Part shown: positions 38,134 to 49,058 of the stretch, one piece after another
Position numbering within the stretch: position 1 is the first letter of the stretch
Layout of the letters: every line of letters begins with the position of its first letter
Assembly (NCBI RefSeq): GCF_026571515.1
Contig: NW_026857303.1
Coordinates: 124,001 to 188,000, forward strand
Direction of reading: 5' to 3'
Length of the DNA: 64,000 nucleotides
DNA from: Ruditapes philippinarum
Lineage: Eukaryota
Translations under genes and position numbers: made by a program
The notes under the pieces: generated by a model
What the model was told of the DNA's origin: nothing
Seen by the model: the letters and a program-made list of their open reading frames with translations, nothing else
The model's database searches: none

Positions 38134-39009
38134 TGTTAATTATATGATTACCTTAGCCAGAGAAACTTACTATCAACGATATTACCTATTAGTTTTCAAA
38201 ATATGCAAAACATTCTCTTACTACGTTAGTACCGTATTCTGTTATACTAGTATATTATATATAAACAAAACAATGAATGTATGTCCTAGATATTTAAACA
38301 GGTCTTGAAATATAACTATTTGCTCTAAAATTTGATTTTTAAATGATTTATTTTACTCCTGTGGAAAGAGTTGAAAAATGTCAAACAAACAAACGGTTTT
38401 GGCGTATTTTACCATTTTCTACATCTTCAAAATTTTCAAAATATTTCATTCGTGTGTTAGATATTAAGAGTAACAGATATGTTTAAAGGTATTCAAAATA
38501 CAACAATTTAAATATTACTTCATTTTCCCGTATGCAATGTTGGTCGCTTCGCAAAACAAATCGTAATACATTTTGTATTAATGGTTTAGGATTTTGACCT
38601 TTTCTGGTCTTCATATATCGTATGTGTCGCATTATATTTTGTATATAATATTATATGTGTGTAATTTGTTAATTAACTCCTTACCTTAATTCTTAATTTT
38701 CATATTGTACCCGAAATGCATGGAACAGATTCAATGTTTTTTATTATAATTTAAAGTGTTATAAGTCCGTTTCAAGAACAGGAATCAGTGTAAACCCAGC
38801 AATATGAGTTAACATTTCATAATGTTTAAACCTACAACATATTATTCTAATATTACAATTAATGTTGACCACAACGTATTTTAAACAAATAAAACGTAAA
38901 ATTGATTTGAAACATAATATATTTATAACATGCAATGTCATTCAGACCATTTACATTTTATATCCTTTTGAAGTTTTGCTATGCCAAAATATTTATTATG
39001 TTTACTTTA

Positions 39010-39195
39010 GGCGCAATGTCAATTTCACTTCCTTATACTGACAACTGATAAGAGAATTATTGCATGGAGCTATTATAATCTTTTACGGATCGTTAAACAT
39101 TTAGATTATAAGCTTATAAGCAGGACATGTTATAAACGCTTAAAAAGGAGATAACGGATTCGAAAGGAAGAATGAAGGTTAGTTTCGTTTTATAG
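39010..39195 (+). promoter_or_regulatory. Putative promoter and non-coding first exon of cGLR copy A (paralogous region ~44510-44740)
   Basis: Donor AAG|GTTAGT conserved in both copies; acceptor ctgttacag| at 39625 and 45193; in-frame TGA upstream of the copy A ATG; tttcacttcc (39023-39032) and agtttcgtttt (39181-39191) motifs. Confidence 0.5.
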
Positions 39196-39677
39196 AAATA
39201 TATATATATTCAATATTTCATGTAAAATATTCAATATTTTTGTAATCGTGGAATGCTGTTTAAACATATAAAGTTTGTAAAATATATTGCAATCCGACAA
39301 TAAACACAAATCTATTTCATTCGAACATAATTTATACTTCGGTTGTCCTATTCCAGATTTGAGTGTAACAACTAATCGATTTATTACAATATACAATGTA
39401 CATGTATTATCAATGTTTGTTCAAACTTGAATGAATACTAATTTTGTTATTTGATTCTTGCACTAAATGTACGGAAAAAATCAAGTGTTATATTGAGATT
39501 CATTTGTTATATAATTATAATAAGTGTATTAAAACAAGTGTATTAGAAACAGTACTTTATACCTAACACTAGCATACAAGAGTAAATGTGTATGTTTTTA
39601 TGTACAAATGTACTTCCTGTTACAGTAGCTGGTAGATGTGACAAAAAAGTACATTCAGAGATAACACACCTTCCAAT

Positions 39678-42200
39678 ATGCAAACATCTACATTGGGGAT
39701 TTTTAAAGGTGAAACAATATGGCGTGTTGGACCATATGACCAGAAGACAGCAGAACGTTTAAAACGCAATTTGTCATTACTTACATGTCCAGACAATGCA
39801 CAGGGAATAGAAAATGATCCTCTACCTTACACTATAGAACCGATCTTATTTTCAAAACAGGCAAGCTCTCATCCCGAGTTGATGCCAGAATCAATAGTAA
39901 GAGACATTTTTGATGTCAAGAACATACACAATTCAGGAAGTAAATTCCTAAATCATTCTATAGAGGATTTCATACTTGACTTGGTTTTACCAATCCCAAT
40001 GGCCGGATGTCTTACACTTTTGGCATTGCAAAATTTTCACCGAGAAAAAGAAATGTTTACTGTATCCAGGAACCATAAAGAACATTGTATTGTTTTAACA
40101 GGAAGCTGCTCGGATGGACTAAGTCTGCCAGAAGTTACACACATTAAAAGAAAAAATAAAGTCACAGAAGGTCCTGATGAAGATAAAATATACATATTTA
40201 CATCACTAATCGTTGACAGTGAAAACAGGAGGGCTTTCTGTTCGTTAGATACTTCGAAAAGTCCGCCTGGATATACAAGACTTATCTTCAACAAAGGGTG
40301 GTTGGAAAAGAAACCAAGTAAATATCCAAGAGAACGTATCGAAGAAACTTTTATTAAAAGAAACTATCCGGGATTCTTATCGACAGATGAAAGTGATGTG
40401 GTTGTGAGAAGAAAATTAGTTAATATTCTTAGAAAATATTTAAAGGATGAAATACGTAGTAGGGAAAAGGAACGCTTATTTCTTCGGCGAACTCCATTTG
40501 CCGATTCGACCCCAAGCGTCCATTTTTCTTGCCATGGACCAGCGGTAACTTGTGAACTAGAAAGGTCTGACTTCATGAAAGTTACAATTTCCCGTGATAA
40601 TGTCGTTGCACTCCCGTGTCCACGCTGGCCACATGAAGCATCAGAATGGATCCATAGAGATCGTGTTTGGCCTCCAAAAGCTCTTGTCCGCTTCGTTGTT
40701 AAAGGTGGTTGTCATATTGTCCCAAAAGGGGATAAGCACCACAAAGATGTCCACGACTTCCTCATCTCATTCTCTCACTGTGAGAAACTTATTGCCCTGA
40801 GTCTGAGTATCAAACAGAAGAGATGTTACATGTTGTTCAAGTTCTTATTCAAGTATTCCATAAATAGAATAAATCGCGGGTTAACGACCTACCACTGCAA
40901 AACTATATTTTTCCGTCTCTGCGAGAAAATCCACGAAGATCAGTGGAGTGAAATACATCCCTTTGGTTTTTTGATGAGGTTACTCAATCAGATGGAAAAC
41001 TGTCTGCGAATCGGATATTTGCCAATGTACTTCATACCAAAGCGGAACATGATTCACTTCATGACGAAACGCACGAGGGAGGTAGTGTTGTCTGACATTC
41101 AGAAGGTTATTGAGAACCCAGTAGGTATCTTTCTAGAGCTCACAGAAAAACACAGGTTCTGCTGGCTTTCACAAGACATATCTGCAGCGTGTTTGTTCAC
41201 GCCTTTATTGGTAAATCAAAATTTGTCGAAGAGTTTAGCACAGGAAACGTTATTAACTTACATATCAACACTGCTGGACAAAGGAGAAGTGAGCTTTGTT
41301 CTCTCTCTGTTATGCGGAACTGAAATATGTGACGATCCACCCTCTACAGAAACTGCAATTTATTATGTAGAGAAGGCAGCTGAAAGCGATGGTGGACGAA
41401 GATGTATACGCGTGCAGGCTTTACTTGCGACACTTTACCACCAGCATGCATGCAGCATATCTTTTGGGTCTTTAAATGGTCGGAAATTAATGGTGAAAAG
41501 TTTGGGTATATTTGTGAACATTCTTCGAGAAGAAAATTGTAGTGCGTGGGTAGTTGGTGAATACTACAATCTACTGTTCAACTTACAATGTTATGACAAG
41601 ATCATGAACCATTTCACAACTTTAGTAAGAAGAGACTGCAATCCAACAGCCATAGATTTTTTCAAAAGTGGAATATACACAGTTGTAGATTACCATAACC
41701 GAAGTACAGCAGAAAAGGCAATACAAGTATCCCCGGAATTCATCGTACCTTCTATACTGTATGTCAGTTACAAAGCTATAACGGCCTGTATATGCTTCAT
41801 GGGGCAATACAAACTTCCAAAGGAGGACATTGAGGCCATTTTTAAGTTTAATGAGAAGCTAATGAAGAAGTTACAACTTTGGTTATCAGAGAAGGAGAGG
41901 TTGTACCCCGAATACACAGACGAGTATGCCCATATTATTCTTGGTCTGGGGTATAAGCATCTTGATGACATAGAAAATTACAAAAACGAATTTTGTGCTG
42001 CGGAAGATTTTTCCGTCCCACTTCGTAAGAAAGGAAATTCTTTTGTCTACTTCGAACCGGTAACGGTGAGAATTCATCATAGCTTTAAGAGCTACAGATA
42101 CAGTCCGTATACTCGAAAAAGTAAACGAAAGAAGTCGCGAGTTCCTGCTTTGGATTTCCGATTTAGAGACTTTTTAGTGCATGAGTATACCCACTATTAG
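39678..42200 (+). CDS. cGAS-like receptor / Mab-21-domain nucleotidyltransferase, copy A (840 aa)
   Basis: Uninterrupted ORF; NTase signature G142-S143 (LTGSCSDGL), D167-x-D169, third acid D307 (RDNVVALPCPRWP); Mab-21 motifs PPGYTRL, HGPA, GGCHIVPKG, ISFSHCEKLI, CYMLFK, LTTYHCKTIFF, LPMYFIPKRNM. Confidence 0.9.
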   Translation: MQTSTLGIFKGETIWRVGPYDQKTAERLKRNLSLLTCPDNAQGIENDPLPYTIEPILFSKQASSHPELMPESIVRDIFDVKNIHNSGSKFLNHSIEDFILDLVLPIPMAGCLTLLALQNFHREKEMFTVSRNHKEHCIVLTGSCSDGLSLPEVTHIKRKNKVTEGPDEDKIYIFTSLIVDSENRRAFCSLDTSKSPPGYTRLIFNKGWLEKKPSKYPRERIEETFIKRNYPGFLSTDESDVVVRRKLVNILRKYLKDEIRSREKERLFLRRTPFADSTPSVHFSCHGPAVTCELERSDFMKVTISRDNVVALPCPRWPHEASEWIHRDRVWPPKALVRFVVKGGCHIVPKGDKHHKDVHDFLISFSHCEKLIALSLSIKQKRCYMLFKFLFKYSINRINRGLTTYHCKTIFFRLCEKIHEDQWSEIHPFGFLMRLLNQMENCLRIGYLPMYFIPKRNMIHFMTKRTREVVLSDIQKVIENPVGIFLELTEKHRFCWLSQDISAACLFTPLLVNQNLSKSLAQETLLTYISTLLDKGEVSFVLSLLCGTEICDDPPSTETAIYYVEKAAESDGGRRCIRVQALLATLYHQHACSISFGSLNGRKLMVKSLGIFVNILREENCSAWVVGEYYNLLFNLQCYDKIMNHFTTLVRRDCNPTAIDFFKSGIYTVVDYHNRSTAEKAIQVSPEFIVPSILYVSYKAITACICFMGQYKLPKEDIEAIFKFNEKLMKKLQLWLSEKERLYPEYTDEYAHIILGLGYKHLDDIENYKNEFCAAEDFSVPLRKKGNSFVYFEPVTVRIHHSFKSYRYSPYTRKSKRKKSRVPALDFRFRDFLVHEYTHY

Positions 42201-43380
42201 ATGTACACATGACTTTGCAGTATTCCTACTAGGGGTGTGGACGGTAGCTGGCACATTCCAGAACCGACTATGGACAGACTCAATCAAAACTAGCCTGCAG
42301 CATTTTCAGTTTTGCCGTCATGGACTTTCTTACACTAGGAATTCTGTTTGTCTCTACTTCATTGATTTCATTGTACAGCTATTTTGCGATTTAATTAATT
42401 TCTGAAACAGTATGATGTTTGTAATCTTAGTAGTTGATTGTTCTAAAATATTTCTTACGATGCATTGATGATAGGTCCGTCGATTGCTTTTAAAGATTTT
42501 TAAAGATTATATTTAGAGTATCACAATTGCATGTTAAATACATCTACATGTATTATGTTTACAAGTTAACCCTATAGTTACTTTTGGATGTACAACGTTT
42601 CTACGTTTCAAACATAAAAACTGGAAATTATATATAGTATAATTTTGATCATAATGCAGCTTCCTATTATGAAGCTATAAAGGTATATCTTATTAAAATA
42701 TTTTTGTTAACTTTATAAACAATTAAACATTAAAATTATTTTATAATGGATATAATGGAATATTCTCAAAAATATTGTAACATGAAATGTCACTGGTGTT
42801 TAACACATATGAATAGTGTTGGTTAACAGAATAAAATGTTCCTGAACAAAATATCTGCTATCTTAAGTATGATTTTAACTTCATGCATGCGCTATTCACT
42901 TAAAAGGAAATTTAAAAAGTGTGTCTCTCATACAGGTTTTGTAGGAGTACATCTAAATGTAATCATTTTTTTTTCAAAATTCGGAAAACAAATTACACAG
43001 CATTCCTTCCATTTTAGAAGTAATCTTTTTTTTCAAAAGTAGTAAAACAAATTTTGCAGCATACATTTATTTGAAATGTAAACAAAGTAGTATTTTTACT
43101 TCCATACAAAAAAACTAAATCACTTTATCTGTACTCATTGCCAATAATTAACAGACGCAAATTGTTCAATGAGTAACTTTTCGGAATCTCTAGCAGTACA
43201 TCAATAGTAAAAAAGCTTTAGAGAAATAAAAAATCAAATCTTTTCTGAAGTAAAATAGACCTTTAAAACAGATATACGCGATTCTACAGAGACTAAAAAA
43301 CAACATAAAAGTGTGGATTTTGCAATTGAACAAGAACAGTATGTGTGATTTGCTTTGAAATGAATAGAAAACCATGCTGT

Positions 43381-43494
43381 TGTCTCATATTACAAAATTT
43401 ATCACGCAAGGCTTAGAAAAAAAAAATGATAGTCGAGGTTTATCCCAGCCATCATTTTTTTGTGCCGAGCCTGATAAATTTATAATATCAGACA
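43381..43494. repeat. Imperfect inverted repeat (MITE-like) between the duplicated units
   Basis: tgtctcatattacaaaatttatca...aaaaaaatgat pairs with atcattttttt...tgataaatttataatatcagaca. Confidence 0.7.
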
Positions 43495-45258
43495 CTTGTC
43501 TGGCATTCTGTTTGTCATATTTTCAATTTTAATATGCGTTTCTTTCTTTAAATTTAAATGAAACAAATACCTGTTAAGAACCTTTCGATTAAATGCCGCG
43601 CGCATTAAGTCCCAGATGTTTTTAGTCCAATGTAAGAGAATTTTTATTATTTAAAAACTCTATTCGATTAGAGTTCATCAGTTTTATATTTTCAAACTAG
43701 TAATAGTTGAACATACTCCATTCTCTTAATTTTATTTCAATATGTATTGATGAGGTGTGCAATCAAACTGAGGGCGACTGATAAAGCTAAAAGTATCTGA
43801 CATGCACTTTATTAACAGAAATGCTGATGATAACATGATAGAAAGGCATTCAAAATACAACAAGTAATTACTTCTTTTTTGTTTGCAATGTTGGTCGCTT
43901 TGCAAGAAAAATCGTAATGTCATCGGTTAAGGATTTAGACCTAACTGTTATAAAAACTTTCTAATCTTCATATATCGCATGAGTTGTATTATATTTCGTA
44001 TATAATATTATGATTTTTTTCTGTATTTTGTAAAGTTATAACTTACTTAAGCTTTTTATTTTTATATCTGATAATATGTTGTACTCGAAATGCACTTAAT
44101 GATCCAACTTTGAAGGAAGAATTTCAAATGTTTCAAATGGTTGTTTCAAGAACAGGAATAAGTTGTTAATCGAAATTTTAAACCTAACAATATGAGCGAA
44201 CATTTCATTTCGTTTAAACTTACGACATATAAACCTGATATCACAATCGATGTTCACTTATTTTCGGCGCCATATGACCTAAATTGTTTTTAACCAAACA
44301 ATAACAAAATATATAAAAAAGAAGACTACTCATATACAACAAAATGGAGTGGTAAAAACGGATACTATTGTTGATCGTAACGTATTTTAAGCAATTATAA
44401 CGTAGAATTGATTTTAAACATAACATATTTTTACCATGCCGTGTTTTTAAGACATTTATATTTTAAGCCATGAAATTAGATCTATAACCATGATAAAAAT
44501 GTTTACTTTAGGCACAATGATAATTTTACTTCCTTATACAGATAACCACTGACTGATATTAGGAAAATGCATGGAGATAACAAATATTTTACAGATCGTT
44601 AAAAAAAACCATTGAGATTGTTAGCTCACATTGAAAAGCAGAGCATGTTATTAACGCTTAAATATGAACACAACGGATTCGAACGGGTGAAACTTGTTTT
44701 CTGCTTTCATGATCAAATAAAGGTTAGTTTCGTTTTATACACATACATATATACATTCAATATTATGTCTAAAGTATTCAATATTTTGTTATCAATTTGA
44801 ACTCCTTGAAATGTCGAGTGAACATGTAAAGTTTGTTCAAACTAAATTTCAACCCCATGGGCGTTTTGACAATGAACACAAATCTATTTTATTAGAACAG
44901 AATGTATACTTCGGCTGTTCTATTCCAAAATTTGGGTGCAATAACTAATAATTTATTACATGATATTAGTAATGTTTATTTCGAACTTAAATGCAGGCTA
45001 ATTTTGTTATTTCGCTCTTGCACTAATGTACGAAAAAAAATTCAAATATGAAGTTGCATTTGTTTGTAATCAAGAGTGAAAAAATATGAAATAATTGCAA
45101 TAAGTGTATTAAAACAGTACTTTATATACCTATATCTAGCATACACATATAAAAAGTCAATGTATTTTATGTACAAATGTATTTTCTGTTACAGTAGCTG
45201 GTAAGCGTGAAAAGATATACATTGAATATAACTGAACAGAGATAGCACACCTGTCAAT

Positions 45259-47790
45259 ATGCAAACATCTGCAAAAAATGGGACTTTTAAAGGTGAAGCA
45301 ATATGGCATGTGAGAGCGCATAACCAGAAGACAGTAGAACGTTTAAAACATAATTTTTCATTACTTACATGTCCAGACAATGCACAGGGAATAGAAAATG
45401 ATCCTCTACCTTATACTATAGAACCGATCCCGTATTCAGTACGGCCAAGTTCTCATCCTGAGTTGATGCCAGAATCTATAGCAAGAGAAATCTTTGATGT
45501 CGATGTTAAGAACACAAACAAGTCAGAAAATTATTTTCTTACTCACTCTACGGAGGATTTTATTCTTGACTTGGTTTTACCAATTCCAATGGCAGGATGT
45601 CTTACACTTTATGCAATGCAAAATTTTCAACGAGAAAAAGAAATGCTTACTGTATCCAGAAATCATAAAGAACATTGCACTGTTTTAACAGGAAGCTGCT
45701 CGGATGGACTAAGTTTGCCAGAAGTAACACACATAAAACGAAAACATAAAGTCACAGAAGGTCCAGATGAAGACAAAATCTACATATTTACTTCACTGAT
45801 TGTTGACAGTGAAAACAGGAGGGCTTTCTGCTCGTTGGATACTTCGAAAAGTCCGCCTGGATATACAAGACTTATCATGAACACAGGATGGTTGGAAAAG
45901 AGACCAAGTAAATATCCACGAGAACGTGTTGAAGAAACTCTCATAAAACGAAACTATCCGGGATTCTTATCGTCAGATGAAAGAGATGTTGTTGTGAGAA
46001 GTAAATTAGTTAGTATTCTCAGAAAATATTTAAAGGATGAAATACGTAGTAGGGAAAAGGAACGCTTATTTTTTCGGAGAACTCCATTTGCCGATTCGAC
46101 CCCAAGCGTCCATTTTTCTTGCCATGGACCAGCGGTAACTTGTGAATTAGAAAGATCTGATTTTATGAAAGTAACACTTTCCTGTGATAATGTCGTTGCA
46201 CTCCCGTGTCCGCGCTGGCCACATGAAGCAGCAGAATGGATCCATAGAGATCGTGCTTGGCCTTCAAAAGCTCTTGTCCGTTTTGTTGTTAAAGGTGGTT
46301 GTCATATTGTCCCAAAGGGGGATAAACACCACAAAGATGCCCACGACTTCCTCATATCATTCTCTCACTGTGAGAAACTTATTGCCCTGAGTTTGAGTAT
46401 CAAACAGAAGAGATGTTACATGTTGTTCAAGTTCTTATTCAAGTATTCCATAAATAGAGTAAATCGCGGGTTAACTACCTACCACTGCAAAACTATATTT
46501 TTCCAGCTCTGCGAGAAAATCCATGAAGATCAGTGGAGTGAAATTCACCCCTTTGATTTTTTGATGAGGTTACTCAATCAGATGGAAAACTGTCTGCGAA
46601 TCGGATATTTGCCAATGTACTTCATACCAAAGCGGAACATGATTCACTTCATGACGAAACGCACGAGGGAGGTTGTGTTGTCTGACATTCAGAAGGTTAT
46701 TGAGAACCCAGTAGGTATCTTTCTAGAGCTGACAGAAAAACACAGGTTCTGCTGGTTTTCACAAGACATATCAGCAGCGTGTTTGTTCACGCCTTTATTG
46801 GTAAATCAACAATTGTCGAACAGTTTAGCACAGGAAACGTTATTAACTTACATATCAACACTGCTGGACAAAGGAGAAGTGGGCTTTGTTCTCTCTTTGT
46901 TATGCGGAACTGAAATATGTGACCAGCCACCCTCTACAGAAACTGCAATTTATTATGTAGAGAAGGCAGCTAAAAGCGATGGTGGATCAGGCTGTATAAG
47001 CGTTCAGGCTTTACTTGCGACACTTTACCACCAACATGCATGTAGCATATCTTTTGGGTATTTAACTGGTCGCAAATTAATGATGAAAAGTTTGGGTATA
47101 TTTGAGAACATTCTTCGAGAAGAAAATTGTAGTGCGTGGGTAGTTGGTGAATACTACAATCTACTGTTCAACTTACAATGGTATGACAAGATCATGAACC
47201 ATTTTACCACTATAGTAAGAAGAGACTTTAATCCGACAGGCATTGATTTTTTCAAAAGTGGAATATACACAGTTGTAGATTATCATAACCGAAGTACAGT
47301 AGAAAAGGCAATCCAAGTATGCCCGGAATTCATCGTACCTTCTATACTGTATGTCAGTTACAAAGCTATAACAGCCAGTATATGCTTCATGGGGCAATAC
47401 AAATTACCAAACGTGGACATTGAGACCATTTTTAAGTTTAATGAGAAGCTAATGAAGAAGTTACAACTTTGGTTATCAGAGAAGGAGAGGTTGTACCCCG
47501 AATACACAGACGAGTATGCCCATATTATTCTTAGTTTGGGGTTTAAGCATCTTGATGACATTGGAAGTTACAAAAACGAATTGTGTGCTGCTGAAGATTT
47601 TGACATCCCACTTCGTAAGGAAGGAACTAATTTTGTCTTCATCGAACCGGTAACGGTGAGAATTCATCATAGCTTTAAGAGCTACAGATACAGTCCGTAC
47701 ACTCGAAAAAGTAAACGAAAGAAGTCGAGAGTTCCTGATTTGGATTTCCGATTTAGAGACTTTTTAGTGCACGAATATACACACTATTAG
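45259..47790 (+). CDS. cGAS-like receptor / Mab-21-domain nucleotidyltransferase, copy B (843 aa)
   Basis: Close paralog of 39678-42200 with the same motifs (G145-S146, D170-x-D172, D310) and an intact ORF. Confidence 0.9.
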   Translation: MQTSAKNGTFKGEAIWHVRAHNQKTVERLKHNFSLLTCPDNAQGIENDPLPYTIEPIPYSVRPSSHPELMPESIAREIFDVDVKNTNKSENYFLTHSTEDFILDLVLPIPMAGCLTLYAMQNFQREKEMLTVSRNHKEHCTVLTGSCSDGLSLPEVTHIKRKHKVTEGPDEDKIYIFTSLIVDSENRRAFCSLDTSKSPPGYTRLIMNTGWLEKRPSKYPRERVEETLIKRNYPGFLSSDERDVVVRSKLVSILRKYLKDEIRSREKERLFFRRTPFADSTPSVHFSCHGPAVTCELERSDFMKVTLSCDNVVALPCPRWPHEAAEWIHRDRAWPSKALVRFVVKGGCHIVPKGDKHHKDAHDFLISFSHCEKLIALSLSIKQKRCYMLFKFLFKYSINRVNRGLTTYHCKTIFFQLCEKIHEDQWSEIHPFDFLMRLLNQMENCLRIGYLPMYFIPKRNMIHFMTKRTREVVLSDIQKVIENPVGIFLELTEKHRFCWFSQDISAACLFTPLLVNQQLSNSLAQETLLTYISTLLDKGEVGFVLSLLCGTEICDQPPSTETAIYYVEKAAKSDGGSGCISVQALLATLYHQHACSISFGYLTGRKLMMKSLGIFENILREENCSAWVVGEYYNLLFNLQWYDKIMNHFTTIVRRDFNPTGIDFFKSGIYTVVDYHNRSTVEKAIQVCPEFIVPSILYVSYKAITASICFMGQYKLPNVDIETIFKFNEKLMKKLQLWLSEKERLYPEYTDEYAHIILSLGFKHLDDIGSYKNELCAAEDFDIPLRKEGTNFVFIEPVTVRIHHSFKSYRYSPYTRKSKRKKSRVPDLDFRFRDFLVHEYTHY

Positions 47791-49058
47791 GTATACAGTA
47801 TTCCTACTTGGATATGTTGCCTGCTTTTTATATTTTGTTTATGAAATAAAAGTAGCAAAATGTAAACAAAGTAGTATTTTGGCTTCCATACAAAAAACTA
47901 AATCACTTTAACTGTACTAGTTGCTAAAATGCAACAGATACAAATGATGGTTCAAGTAATTGGCCAATGAGATACTTTTCGGAAGAAGTTCAAGCAGGAC
48001 AACAAAAGTAAAAAGCTTTAGAGAAGAAAACAAAAATTATGAGGTATAATGGGCCTTTAAAACAGATGTACATGATTCTACAGAGACAAAAATAGAACAT
48101 AAAAAGAATGGATTTTGAAATTGAATATGAATAGTAAGTGTGATTTGCAGCGGTTTAGCAACGAAATGTTCGTAGAATAGTGTACAAAATCTTTATCAAT
48201 GTTTATTACTTGTTGTAGTATGGAGACAATAACTCGCCGGTCTTTATTTAAATACTGTGTATTATAATAAATGCAAATCTTAGCTTTGTAATCATTATTG
48301 TTAGTAAATGTATTATTTTTCATTCGTTTTACCATGTCTTTATATTTCTTGCTGGACAAATATTGAACATTGAATTTAAAAACTATATATTCATAATTTT
48401 GATGCCAGCAAAATAAGTTTTGTGTCTTTGAAGTCAGCTTTTCACAAATTAAAATGGTAATGATAGGTGTCTCTAACATCGCCCAGGTAGGTGCTGTGTG
48501 TGCGTGCTGGCCGACTATTTAACAGCGGTTACCTCCAAGCACCTGTTCAAAATAGTATTCAATTTTCAATATTAAAGCATTGAATCAATAAGTCAAAATT
48601 GAGATATTGTAAAACTATGAAGATCAGTTATGATGTGATTACCAATGTCCTTTATATCACATTGTAACAATAAACTTCAGTCAGGACCTTCTTATATGAT
48701 AATAATTGCATTTTACAACTAATTAATAGGAAAATGAAAATGCACACAAAAACCACAATGATGGTAAAATCCATAATGGTAATTTATCAGGTAGTCTGCT
48801 GACTGTGTGATAGTTTTGTCCCACTTTGAATTTCGTGCTTTTAGAGCTTTATTCAGTATCAATATACAAAATATGAGGTACTTACTGTATAGAACCTGAA
48901 CAGTTTGAACTGACCTTTTACTGGTAGCAAATTCTAATCACATCCGGTTCAAGAAGGATAAGTATAAAGGGACGTAACTGATACACATTATAATAACTAT
49001 CATGTATTGCATTTTGAGCACTAATGTGCAAGAACATACCAAGACTCCCTTGTAATAT

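Larger units (their letters stand above)
38530..48150 (+). repeat. Tandem segmental duplication of the cGLR locus (unit A ~38530-43360, unit B ~43880-48150)
   Basis: Shared upstream anchor gcaatgttggtcgctt.gcaa (38534/43885), shared donor aaggttagtttcgttttata (~39176/~44720), shared downstream anchor aaatgtaaacaaagtagtatttt...cttccatacaaaaaa (~43074/~47858). Confidence 0.9.

Noticed and set aside
42096-42110. RYSPY in the cGLRs resembling RYHPY at the Tbx20 C-terminus
   Set aside because: Short linear motif with no surrounding homology; convergence rather than shared origin.
40037-47670. Short overlapping and antisense ORFs repeated in both cGLR copies
   Set aside because: They recur only because the underlying CDS is duplicated.
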